A stretch of DNA of 59,996 nucleotides, counting the filler. It is 4 parts of 4 records of this genome, joined end to end, with 100 filler letters (N's around TTAATTAATTAA, not from the genome) between each part and the next. Parts side by side here need not be neighbours in the genome. Positions count along the whole stretch, not along the records: positions 18,107 to 34,138 come from SRR22947725_3546; 3 more parts are not named here. One strand, 5' to 3'. A model generated the notes under the pieces. That model saw only the letters and a program-made list of their open reading frames with translations, was not told the DNA's origin and did not search any database. This document shows, piece by piece, positions 20,559 to 30,300 of this stretch. The stretch's first letter is position 1. Each line of letters begins with the position of its first letter. The position numbers were made by a program, and so were the translations under genes.

Positions 20559-21428
20559 ATGGAAATCTGGATATTATTAAATCCAATAATTAAGTTTTTT
20601 TTGTACATAGCAGTATTTGGTTCTGTCGGAACATTAGTATTTATTTCTCATTTTCATAAGCTTTTAAAGCCTGCACAATTAGACGATTGCTCTAAAATAA
20701 AAAATAAATTCACAAAAGTTGGTGTCTTAGTTTCTTTTATATCTATTTTATCTATACCTGGAAACATGTCAGGTGATCTTATGGGAGTTATAGATATTAA
20801 TATGATCAATTTATCATTTGATACTCTGGCTTTAAAATCTTCACTTCTTTTATTTACAGGCTTTATATTAATATATTATTTACCTACAAAATTTAAAAAG
20901 ATTTTTTTTTGGGGAAACACTACAGCTGTTTTTATAATTCTTTTTGCTTTTATTGCTATCGGCCATTCAACAAAAGGTGGAATTTTAACCCAAGCGTTAA
21001 TTATAATACACTTGATAGGTTTGTCTTACTGGATAGGGGCATTATTACCCTTGAAAGGAATGTGTAATATTCCCGACTTTAAGGAACTTAAAATCGTTGG
21101 TCATATGTTTGGCAAATATGCTATTTATTATATTTTGGCTTTATTAACTGCAGGTTTAATATTTTCATACATTTTAATCGGTGATATTTCTACATTATTT
21201 AATACTATGTATGGAAATGTTTTAATAATTAAATTTCTTTTTGCTATTTTGTTAATTTCACTTGGAGCCTTGAACAAGTTATTTTTAGTACCAAAATTAG
21301 ACATAAATAATGGAATAAGCATTAGAAAACTAAAAAGATCTATAAATGTAGAAATTATTATTGTTTTAATAATCTTTTTTTTAACCAGTTTACTTACAAC
21401 TTCCTTAACATTACCCATGAGTGATTAA
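20559..21428 (+). CDS. copD: Copper resistance inner-membrane protein CopD
   Basis: IGHS, HLIGLSYWIG, YGNVLIIK, GALNK. Confidence 0.85.
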   Translation: MEIWILLNPIIKFFLYIAVFGSVGTLVFISHFHKLLKPAQLDDCSKIKNKFTKVGVLVSFISILSIPGNMSGDLMGVIDINMINLSFDTLALKSSLLLFTGFILIYYLPTKFKKIFFWGNTTAVFIILFAFIAIGHSTKGGILTQALIIIHLIGLSYWIGALLPLKGMCNIPDFKELKIVGHMFGKYAIYYILALLTAGLIFSYILIGDISTLFNTMYGNVLIIKFLFAILLISLGALNKLFLVPKLDINNGISIRKLKRSINVEIIIVLIIFFLTSLLTTSLTLPMSD

Positions 21429-21429
21429 T

Positions 21430-22812
21430 ATGACTTCAAGAAGACAATTTCTTAAAATTTTACCGTATAGTTTTTTGTTAACTGCGTGTAAGCCTTTGGT
21501 ATTTGATACTAAAAAAGTAGTAAAATATGAGCTTGCAGCAAATAAATCGACATTCAATTTTAATGAAAAATTTAAAGCAAATTTGTTTTTGTACAATAAT
21601 GCGAACCCTGGACCATTATTAAAGGCAAATGTTGGAGATATTTTAAAAATTGATTTTAAAAATAACTTAGATCAACCTACAAGCATTCATTGGCACGGCA
21701 TTAAAAATATCAATAAAATGGATGGTGTTCCTTATTTAACACAAGACCCTGTTCAACCTGGTGAGACGTTTTCATATGAATTTCCAGTAAACCAATCGGG
21801 CACATATTGGTATCATGCACATTTTGAATCTTGGAAACAAGTCGCAAAGGGTTTGTATGGTCCGTTGGTTGTAAATGATAAAACTGATGATCTTATTGAA
21901 GATGATATTGTTATTTTAGCAGATGACTGGAGGTTAAACAAAAATTATCAAATTGATGAAAAATCTTTTGGTTCATTAATGGACTGGTCTCATGCAGGAA
22001 GAATAGGTAACTGGCTAACAATAAATGGAAAAAAATCACCACAATATTCAATTAAAGAAAATAGTATAGCAAGATTAAGGTTCATAAATGCTTCTAATGC
22101 TCGTATTTTAAAATTTGGATCAAGCTTAAAAAACAATAATATAATTACTATTGATGGGGTTGCAGTAAAACCAATGTTAGTAGAAGATTTTACTTTAGCA
22201 CCAGGACAAAGAATAGATTTACTTATAAACACTGTTGATCTTTTGAAAGTTGATTTCTTTGAAATTAGTCATACGAAACAGCTGAAAGCTTTTACTCTTA
22301 ACGTAACCAAGGCAGATAATAAAACGAAAAACATTACTAACATTAATTTTAAATCTAATTTGATTTTACCAAAACTAGATAATGCAAAAACTATTAACAT
22401 CCGAATGCAGGGTGGAGCAATGGGCAATCTCTCAAAAGCTAATCTTGATGGAGTTCAAAAAGATTTTCGTACCCTTGCAACTGAAGATAAAAAATTATGG
22501 GCCTTTAATAAAGAAATTGGAAGTTATGAATATTTACTTTCCACAGTTAAGCTAAACCAAGTTGTAATTTTAGATGTTTGGAATGATACTCGATGGCCTC
22601 ATAGTATGCATTTACACGGTAATCACTTTTTTGTGAAATCCAAAGAGTTCAAAGAAAATAATGATTATATTTTAAGAGATACTTATTTAATGCAGGCAGG
22701 TGAAAAAGCAAAGCTTATTTTTGTAGCTGATAATCCAGGCAAGTGGCTTTTTCATTGTCATATGCTAGAACATGCGGCCTCAGGCATGGTAAGCTATATT
22801 GATGTAGTATAA
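21430..22812 (+). CDS. Multicopper oxidase, Tat-exported probable lipoprotein
   Basis: HWHG, WYHAH, HSMHLHG, HCHMLEH copper motifs; MTSRRQFLK plus LTAC lipobox (ATG 21430 preferred over GTG 21421). Confidence 0.93.
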   Translation: MTSRRQFLKILPYSFLLTACKPLVFDTKKVVKYELAANKSTFNFNEKFKANLFLYNNANPGPLLKANVGDILKIDFKNNLDQPTSIHWHGIKNINKMDGVPYLTQDPVQPGETFSYEFPVNQSGTYWYHAHFESWKQVAKGLYGPLVVNDKTDDLIEDDIVILADDWRLNKNYQIDEKSFGSLMDWSHAGRIGNWLTINGKKSPQYSIKENSIARLRFINASNARILKFGSSLKNNNIITIDGVAVKPMLVEDFTLAPGQRIDLLINTVDLLKVDFFEISHTKQLKAFTLNVTKADNKTKNITNINFKSNLILPKLDNAKTINIRMQGGAMGNLSKANLDGVQKDFRTLATEDKKLWAFNKEIGSYEYLLSTVKLNQVVILDVWNDTRWPHSMHLHGNHFFVKSKEFKENNDYILRDTYLMQAGEKAKLIFVADNPGKWLFHCHMLEHAASGMVSYIDVV

Positions 22813-23022
22813 CACACTTAAAATATTTGTTGAAAAGCAGAAAATGTTTCAGGTTTTTTATATTAAAATAAATTTGTCTTTTTATTTATTCTAAGCATAT
22901 ATGAGTTTGTTTTTTAAAATAAACACATGTACGCTTTACAAGTAGAATGATCTTCAAAAACTTGTAATTTCTTCGCTCACATATAGAATGAGATTATTGA
23001 TATCTTTAATTGGGAGGTTAAT

Positions 23023-23853
23023 ATGTCACGTGTTTCATCTATAGATATTGGTTCAATTAAGGTTACTTCGTTGCTTGATGGCGAACTTGTTTTACCGGCT
23101 GAAGTTCTATTGAACTTAAAGGATGAAGATGCTCAAACTATTAGAGATAATACCGAAAATAAGCTTTCATCCTCTAACATAAATGCTTATCTTATTCAAA
23201 ATGGTGAACGTAACTTACTTGTTGATGCAGGGTGTAGAGAATTATTTGGTCCAACATGTGGTTTCATTAAAGATGCACTCGCTGAAGCTGGGGTATCTAC
23301 ACAACAAGTCACAGATGTATTTCTAACTCATCTACATCCAGACCACGTAGCTGGCACATTGAATACAGATGGTACGGCAGTTTTCAATAATGCTCAACTG
23401 CACCTTGTAGACATAGAGTACGACTTTTGGATAAAAGAAAATTTCGATGCCGTTGAAGTAAATGGTGCTGATTGGGCAAATTTAGCTCAGGCAGTTGTAA
23501 CTGCGTATAAAGATCGCCTAAATCTTTTATCACAAGGTAAAGAGATAATGCCTGGTGTTAACACTGTTGCTATACCGGGACATACTCCAGGTCACTCAGG
23601 GTTCAGAGTAGATAGTGGTAATGAAAACCTGATGCATCTTGGCGATATTTTACACTTACAAAATCTACAGCTCATAGACCCTAACGTTTCGACAGTGTTT
23701 GATATTGACTATGATACGGCTCTTTTATCACGTAAAAGAGTGTTAGACATGGTCAGTACTGATAAAAACTTATGTACAAGTGGACACTGGTTGTCTCCTA
23801 AGTTTGGTCATATTGAACGACATGGTCAAGGTTTTGCTGTGAGTTCAAAATAG
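23023..23853 (+). CDS. MBL-fold hydrolase (methyl-parathion hydrolase/AHL-lactonase-like)
   Basis: THLHPDH, GHTPGH, GDILH; GGGAGG RBS. Confidence 0.88.
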   Translation: MSRVSSIDIGSIKVTSLLDGELVLPAEVLLNLKDEDAQTIRDNTENKLSSSNINAYLIQNGERNLLVDAGCRELFGPTCGFIKDALAEAGVSTQQVTDVFLTHLHPDHVAGTLNTDGTAVFNNAQLHLVDIEYDFWIKENFDAVEVNGADWANLAQAVVTAYKDRLNLLSQGKEIMPGVNTVAIPGHTPGHSGFRVDSGNENLMHLGDILHLQNLQLIDPNVSTVFDIDYDTALLSRKRVLDMVSTDKNLCTSGHWLSPKFGHIERHGQGFAVSSK

Positions 23854-23979
23854 GGAAGCTAATAGTTATTCCATTTTTATAATCCGACCCTATAAGATTT
23901 TATAGAACTAAAAGTATTAAATCTAAAATTTGTCTAGTTTCAAAATGTTTTTTAAACTTAAAGATAAGGTTCTTAAACA

Positions 23980-24870
23980 ATGACTTCGCTTAACAAAACA
24001 CAACATGTATTCAAGGGAGTTTTATTTTTTATAACTGCAATTTTTTTTATATCTGTTGTAGACACTATATGTAAATTATTTACAAAAGAGCTTCATGCAA
24101 TACAGATTGTATGGGGTTATTTTTTGGGTATTAACCTTACACTATGGATCTTCTTTTTTTTGAAGGGCAAAAAACTCTCAAATTTAAAGACAACTGATAG
24201 ACCAATCCTTCAAATTCTACGCCCTGCTTTTTTAGTTTGTTCTATATCTAGTCTTTTTGTTGGTTTAACATATTTACCATTAGCGGAAGCTACAGCAATT
24301 GGGTTTGTGGCACCTCTGTTTATAACAGTCCTTTCTGTTCCTATTCTGAAAGAAAAAGTGGGTATTCATCGCTGGGCTGCAGTAGTAGTAGGATTAATAG
24401 GAGTTTTAATTATTATACGCCCTGGTAGTGATTTTTGGCATTTTATATCAATTATGCCTTTGGTAGGAGCCTTATTCTTTGCACTTTTTCAAATTTTGAC
24501 AAGATTACTATCTGGAACTGAAAAGACACATACAACTTTATTTTATACTGGCCTTGGAGGATTGTTTTGGTCTAGCTTAATTGTACCATTCGTTTGGGTT
24601 ATTCCCTCTCAGATTCATGTTTTAGTATTTTTGGCTACAGGTACTTTAGGTGCCCTGGCGCATTTGTGTATGATAAATGCTTTTGATTTTGCTGAAGCGT
24701 CCTTGTTGGCTCCTTATAATTACACTAAGTTATTATGGGTAGCTGTTTTTGGCTATTTGGTTTTTGGTGATATTCCAAGCTTTGAAATGTGGATAGGATC
24801 TGGAATTATAGCTTCAGCGGGTCTTTATGTTCTTTATAGAGAAAGAAAACATAGCATAGTGAAAGCATAA
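23980..24870 (+). CDS. DMT/EamA family transporter
   Basis: 10-TM pattern, LPLAEATAI..APLF, LKEKVG, IIRPG, LAPYNY. Confidence 0.9.
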   Translation: MTSLNKTQHVFKGVLFFITAIFFISVVDTICKLFTKELHAIQIVWGYFLGINLTLWIFFFLKGKKLSNLKTTDRPILQILRPAFLVCSISSLFVGLTYLPLAEATAIGFVAPLFITVLSVPILKEKVGIHRWAAVVVGLIGVLIIIRPGSDFWHFISIMPLVGALFFALFQILTRLLSGTEKTHTTLFYTGLGGLFWSSLIVPFVWVIPSQIHVLVFLATGTLGALAHLCMINAFDFAEASLLAPYNYTKLLWVAVFGYLVFGDIPSFEMWIGSGIIASAGLYVLYRERKHSIVKA

Positions 24871-24936
24871 TCAGTTGAAGTGATTAAATAGATAACCATT
24901 GTTAAATTTCATGGCGGCATAAAATTATTAGGATTT

Positions 24937-24976
24937 GGAGAGCACATGTGTTTATAGTGCTCTCCTTTAGATTTTT
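24937..24976 (+). terminator. Intrinsic terminator hairpin between the convergent DMT gene and the riboswitch-controlled peptide
   Basis: 9-bp stem GGAGAGCAC/GTGCTCTCC, 11-nt loop, followed by TTTAGATTTTT. Confidence 0.65.
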
Positions 24977-24983
24977 GTGTATA

Positions 24984-25100
24984 TTATTTACTTGATTTGC
25001 AAGTACACGACTTTGGTGTGCGATAATTCAAAATTTTATGAATTAATGCACGTTTACGTGCAAGCACAAACTTATTCCATTGATATGGTCTGTAAGTCAT
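24984..25100 (-). CDS. 38-aa basic small protein MTYRPYQWNKFVLARKRALIHKILNYRTPKSCTCKSSK downstream of glutamine riboswitches (not in ORF track)
   Basis: Strong RBS AGAGGAGGG just upstream; lies directly 3' of two aptamers; followed by a hairpin. Confidence 0.8.
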   Translation of the reverse strand: MTYRPYQWNKFVLARKRALIHKILNYRTPKSCTCKSSK

Positions 25101-25128
25101 TTTGTCACCCTCCTCTATTAAAGTTAGG

Positions 25129-25177
25129 TGCGTTCCTTCGGCATCATTACCTACTTCCGTCTCTTACGAGATGAACG
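25129..25177 (-). ncRNA. Glutamine-I (glnA motif) riboswitch aptamer 2
   Basis: CGUUC-A-UCUC[GUAA]GAGA-C-GGAAGUA-GGUA[AUGA]UGCC-GAAG-GAACG-CA: P1, GNRA-capped P2, E-loop AGUA/GAA and P3. Confidence 0.88.
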
Positions 25178-25184
25178 ATGATAA

Positions 25185-25235
25185 TGCGTTCCTTCAGCAT
25201 TGTTATATGCTTACTTCCGTCCTAAAGGATGAACG
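25185..25235 (-). ncRNA. Glutamine-I (glnA motif) riboswitch aptamer 1
   Basis: CGUUC-A-UCC[UUUA]GGA-C-GGAAGUA-AGCAU[AUAACA]AUGCU-GAAG-GAACG-CA; same core as aptamer 2 with different but paired stems. Confidence 0.88.
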
Positions 25236-25242
25236 TCCAATT

Positions 25243-25270
25243 ATAATAGCATTTAATTAACTTTAAGCAA
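25243..25270 (-). promoter_or_regulatory. Putative sigma70 promoter for the riboswitch leader
   Basis: TTGCTT-N16-TATTAT with extended -10 TG; predicted start about 1-2 nt before aptamer 1. Confidence 0.45.
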
Positions 25271-25382
25271 TAGAAAGAATAAATTCATTATATTACTTAG
25301 ATCTAAAATTAGGATTAAGCTCTAATACAATGTCTTTCTAATATTATTATTATATAATTAAGTCTTCTAGAACTAATATTTA

Positions 25383-25406
25383 TTTAGTTTACAATTTAGT
25401 CTACAA
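25383..25406. repeat. 12-bp tandem repeat TTTAGT(T/C)TACAA x2 (integrase arm-site-like)
   Basis: Near-identical copy at 31716-31736. Confidence 0.6.
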
Positions 25407-25443
25407 TAATCTTATTAGAAATTTAAACTTGAATAGGTATAAT

Positions 25444-26403
25444 ATGACAACCAATGTTGCTATAATTGGGTTAGGTATTATGGGTACTCGTATGTTAACA
25501 CATATGAGATTACATGAAGAATTCAATCCAGATTATTTGTGGGACCCAAACCCAATTGCTTGTGAAAATGCTATCAAACAAGATAGTAAATCTCTTATTA
25601 TGAAAAGTGCTGATGACGCAATAGAAAAGGCTGACTTAGTTTATTTAGCATGTCCACCTACCGTAAGGGAGGCATATGCCTTGAAAGTGGTTGAAATGGG
25701 CAAAGCTCTTTTACTTGAAAAACCATTTGGAATAAATACTGAAGATAGTAAAAATTTTATTAAAAAGCTTCAAAATTATGATGTTCCTATTGCGGTAAAT
25801 TTTACTCAAGCTGCGGGTGCTCCTTTGGCTGACTTGTTGGCAAGCAAAAATAAAGGCGAAATGGGAGAAATGCTAGGTGTTGATATCATAGTTACATATC
25901 CTTCTTGGCCTCGCGAGTGGCAAAAACAAGCTGATTGGCTTCGGTTTAAAAAAGAAGGAGGTATGACAAGAGAAGTAATATCTCATTTTATTTTTTTTAC
26001 CGAACGTGTTTTAGGACCTCTTAAAGTAAAGTGGGCCCATACTTCTTATCCCGCGGACCCTTCATCATGTGAAACTGATGTTCTTGCGAGATTAGAAACT
26101 GAAGATGGTTTGCCGGTCAATATATTAGCAAGTGTTGGTGGCATTCAACCAGACCGACAGGAATTTACAGTTAAAGGATCTAAACAAAGTAGAAAAATTG
26201 CAGAATTTCATAAAGACACAATATCTTATGGCGAAGATTTCATTCCTCTGAGGGAAGAATCTGAAGACCCTAGAGCAGTAAGCTTAAAGTCACAGCTTGA
26301 TGATTTAGTTCTTAAAATAAATCATAAACCCAATAGTTTGGCGACAATTGATGAGGCGTTTAGGGTACAAAAATTAGTAGAGGAAATATTGTCAAAAACT
26401 TAA
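25444..26403 (+). CDS. Gfo/Idh/MocA family oxidoreductase
   Basis: IIGLGIMG, LLEKP, GGMTREVISH; ATG 25444 preferred. Confidence 0.88.
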   Translation: MTTNVAIIGLGIMGTRMLTHMRLHEEFNPDYLWDPNPIACENAIKQDSKSLIMKSADDAIEKADLVYLACPPTVREAYALKVVEMGKALLLEKPFGINTEDSKNFIKKLQNYDVPIAVNFTQAAGAPLADLLASKNKGEMGEMLGVDIIVTYPSWPREWQKQADWLRFKKEGGMTREVISHFIFFTERVLGPLKVKWAHTSYPADPSSCETDVLARLETEDGLPVNILASVGGIQPDRQEFTVKGSKQSRKIAEFHKDTISYGEDFIPLREESEDPRAVSLKSQLDDLVLKINHKPNSLATIDEAFRVQKLVEEILSKT

Positions 26404-26436
26404 TAAGTTAAAACAGTTTGCAAATGAGGTTGATTA

Positions 26437-26664
26437 ATGGAACATGAAATGAAAGAAAGTCGTCCTAAATCATGGGATAAAACAAAACGTGTTTATGAGA
26501 TATCGTATCCTGATGGTAAAAAGGAAATATGGAAAGATGTTACTGCACGTGATTGTCTAACAAAGTATGAAGGCATGGATCCATATGGCAACGGATTAAA
26601 ATTAAGAGAAATAGTAGGAAAAGAATTACAATTAATAAAGGTAATGGATAGTGGCAAAAAATAA
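26437..26664 (+). CDS. Hypothetical protein (75 aa)
   Basis: GAGG RBS; plausible composition. Confidence 0.65.
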   Translation: MEHEMKESRPKSWDKTKRVYEISYPDGKKEIWKDVTARDCLTKYEGMDPYGNGLKLREIVGKELQLIKVMDSGKK

Positions 26665-26815
26665 CAATCAAAGACAAATAGAATTACTTAAAGTACTTGC
26701 TAAAGGTTGTAAGAAACATCCAGCCTATCGAGCCATAAGGAAAGCTACTGAACGGTGTGACGAGTGCGTTGTTGTTTGGAAAGCGAGAGTTGAGCTTAAT
26801 GCATTAGATAATTAA
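26651..26815 (+). CDS. 54-aa putative zinc-binding protein (CKKH...CDEC), not in ORF track
   Basis: GTG start overlapping the upstream ORF; MAKNNNQRQIELLKVLAKGCKKHPAYRAIRKATERCDECVVVWKARVELNALDN. Confidence 0.65.
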   Translation: MAKNNNQRQIELLKVLAKGCKKHPAYRAIRKATERCDECVVVWKARVELNALDN

Positions 26816-26823
26816 TAAAGTAA

Positions 26824-26918
26824 TGGCGGAGGGAGGGTCTGTCACAATAACCTTTAAGTGTCTGATTTTCATGCGCTTTATGAAATAACTTCAAATGTAC
26901 CCCACATAATACCCCACA
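26824..26918 (-). mobile_element. att-site remnant: tRNA-Ser-like 3' end plus arm-type direct repeats
   Basis: Minus strand CCCTCCCTCCGCCA (26824-26837) with no rest of a tRNA; TACCCCACA x2 at 12-bp period (26898-26918). Confidence 0.6.
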
Positions 26919-26925
26919 ATTATTA

Positions 26926-27330
26926 TTAAAATAATTTCAATGAATATCCCAATATAGTACCAAGAATAATAACAAAAAGGATCAATAGCATATTCATTTT
27001 CTTTAAAGATGACATGTGGTTATTCATTTTAATTTCCATTTTTGCGATGTCATTTTTTACCTGATTTAATTTGTTATCTTGTTTTTCTTGATTTTCATTT
27101 ATTACAGTAGTTGTATCATTTACAGATTTGTCTATTAATTTTCTTAGTTTATCGCTTTCATCTACAATTCTTAAAGCTGTAGCAGAACTGTTTTTTTCAA
27201 TATCTTCTGGTAATTTTGATAACTCTTTTGATATTTTTTTTAATTTTTCAATAGACCTTGAAACTTCAGCAACCTTTTTGCCATTTTCTTCTAGGTCAGA
27301 CAGTGTTTTCTCTGCTTGTGATAAATCCAT
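26926..27330 (-). CDS. Coiled-coil protein with C-terminal transmembrane anchor
   Basis: Heptad-rich K/E/L body; terminal hydrophobic helix LLILFVIILGTILGY. Confidence 0.75.
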   Translation of the reverse strand: MDLSQAEKTLSDLEENGKKVAEVSRSIEKLKKISKELSKLPEDIEKNSSATALRIVDESDKLRKLIDKSVNDTTTVINENQEKQDNKLNQVKNDIAKMEIKMNNHMSSLKKMNMLLILFVIILGTILGYSLKLF

Positions 27331-27344
27331 AATATACTCTTAAA

Positions 27345-30300
27345 CTAAAATACTTTCTGTAAACGTTTATTAAATAACTCAAGATATGTTATTGCAGAAT
27401 AATCATCTTGCAAATATTTATGTAATAAAATTAACTCTTTCGAGTTATCAAGATGAATTTCTATTGCTTCAGATAAAATGTTTTTTTGATCATGGTTTAA
27501 AATTTTTGCAAATTTTAATAAATTTATTAATGTTTTATTCCAAATTAAACTATCTTTTTTGGCCTCATCAATAAAGTCATTCAATCTGTTTCTACCATCC
27601 GGATCATCAAAGGTCTTTGTTATAAGTCTACAAATAGAGCTTAACAAATTCAACCAAGGATTACTTTGATAACTTTCTAAAAATCTTGCTAAAATAAAGG
27701 TGATTTCTTGTATTTTTTCTATAGGAATTAATGTTCCATCTTTAATTAATAAATCGTTAAGATTATTTGGCGCTTCAAGATAATTTGATTCAATGTATTT
27801 TTCTATATTATGTGTTTCATCATTTGATTTAAAATAAGCTTCAATTTTTCTCTTAAACTCTTTAGGTCCTGTGATTTCAAAATCTTTAGTATAATCATAT
27901 AAAGTTTTGAGAGATTGCCTTCTGTTATATAAAAAATGATCATTATTCCATTGTAAAAGATATCGTAAGATGTTTTTTCTTTGATCATCTTTTTTTAGCT
28001 TAAAAATTGAATTAATTTTATTCTTGTGTTTTTCTAATTCAGGTTCTGATTTTTCATAATTTTTTATGTGTTGAAATATATTCCCAGCCAATATTTTGTC
28101 ATTTAGATTTTCATAATAAATTTTATAAGTATTTTGAAAATAATCTGTAACTAACCAATCTTTAATTATACCAATTTGAAAAAGTCTATATAAATTAAGT
28201 TCGTTTTTTGCACGTAATTCTAATGGGGATACATTTTGAATAGTTAAAGTATGTAATAAATTCAAGACATCATTTAACTCATCATCTACTGTTTTTTTGT
28301 TATTTGTTAGTAAAAATAATTGATTTTTAAAGTCTCCTTTTTCAATTTTTTTACCCTCATCTCTATATTGTTTTAAGGTATTTATATCAGAGTTTTTAAA
28401 AAATATTCTATCTGGAATTCTTTCCTTTTCATCTTTAAATAAAATTATATTTTGAGCTTCTTTTTTATCTCGTCCAGTTCTTCCAGTTTCTTGATAAAGG
28501 GCCTCCATTGAAGATGGCATTCCATAGTGAAGAGAAAACCTAATATTTTTTTTATTAATTCCCATCCCGAATGATTTTGTTGCACACATGAGTTGTACAT
28601 CATTATTCTTGTACTCATTTTGAATTCTTCTTTTATAATTATTAAAGCTTTCTTCTTCTAATCTGGGCGTCCAATCATTAGGAATGCTTCCACAAAATAT
28701 ACCAGACTTAATATTTGGAAATTTGTTACGAATCTTTTGCTCAACATCAAAACAACCTAATTCTCCATTAACATGCATTGTAAATACAATACCGGCACTA
28801 ATATCTGACAAATTATGATCATTAATCATTTTGTTAATTGTAAGGTCTAAATTAAGATCTTTGTCTGGGGTTTTTATAATATTATAATTGAGTTCTGGCC
28901 TACTATTATGCATCCTAAAAATTACGTTTTCTTTTCTTATATTTAATTCTATTTTAATATTTTCCAAAACATTATTAGATGCTGTCGCAGTTAAAGAAAT
29001 AATTGGAACATTAGTTTTTAAAATTGTTACAATGGTATTAGCCAGGGCTAAATATGAAGGTCTGAAATCATGTCCCCATTCTGATAAACAATGGACCTCA
29101 TCAATTACGATATACGAGATTAAATTATTTTTGGTTAAATCTTTTACTAAGTCTCGAAACTTATCATTTTGGAATCTTTCGGGAGAAATAAATAAGAATT
29201 TTATTTCTCCTTTTCGAACTTTATCGTAAACAATGTTTTTTTGTGCTTGTGTTTGCTCTCCATAAACAAACTCACATCTATTTAAAAAACCATATCTACT
29301 AAGCTCATCTACATGATCATTCATGAGTGCTATAATAGGGCATACAACTATACTGCATCCTAGTTGAAATATAGAGGGAATTTGGAAGCATAAAGATTTG
29401 CCACCACCAGTAGGTAAAAGTCCTAGAGTGTTTTCTTGCTTTAAAACATTATCTATTATGTATGATTGACCTTCATTAAAAGAAGTATACCCAAACATTT
29501 GAAATAAAATTAGTTTTAAATTCTCAAATTTATGTTTTTCAAGAATATTTTCTATCTTTTTATTTTTTGATAATAGTGGCGAATGAAAATTAAAATCTAA
29601 ATAACTACGGTGTTCTTTTTCTAATTTGAAGTAATCTAGATAATAACTCTTTATCATATAATTTTTAGATATTATTTCATCAGGTCTTTGAAATAATTTC
29701 ATATCAAGATGAATTGCGTCTTTAGAGTTGGTGCCGTCTGAATATGTAATATTCACATTTGGTTTATTAAATTTTTCATCACATATTTTAGAAAAGGGAA
29801 GAAACCATTGATAGAAATCTTCAACTGCTAATGTAGACCAGTCAAATTGACATTTAAAATCAGCGTTAATATTAAATGACCATTCGTTATCATTTAAATT
29901 TAATTTCCCAACTTTAATTAATTCTATAATAAATATTTGAAATCTAATGATTGCTGTGCAAACAAATACTAAATTTTCTTTTTCATATGTTTTGTTTAGA
30001 AAGCTATCCTTATAATCATTGATACGATCTTGTAGTTTTAACTCATTTTTTATTTCATTGATTTTAAGAAAATAATCATTATCTCTAGATCTAATACTGT
30101 ACGTTGAAATTCTAATTGTTTTAATATTATATTTATCAAAAAGATTATCTCTGATTTTATCTAAATTCTCATTGTGTTGTTTGCCATCAATCTCAATTAT
30201 TAAGTTAGATTCTGGAATAAAAAAATCTACTCTTGTTTTAGGGTTTAGTTCTTTTAATTTTTTTAAATCTGGACAATACTCTGCTATTTCATATTCTGGA

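Noticed and set aside
24977-25174. 65-aa + strand ORF from the track
   Set aside because: Antisense shadow of the riboswitch and 38-aa peptide; no RBS, and the minus-strand signals are much stronger.
25129-25235. Repeat pair as a mini-CRISPR or simple duplication
   Set aside because: Only two units, the variable parts form covarying stems, and no cas genes are present; it fits an aptamer tandem.
26824-26837. Complete tRNA gene
   Set aside because: Only the acceptor-side 3' end is present; no T-loop, anticodon or D arm.
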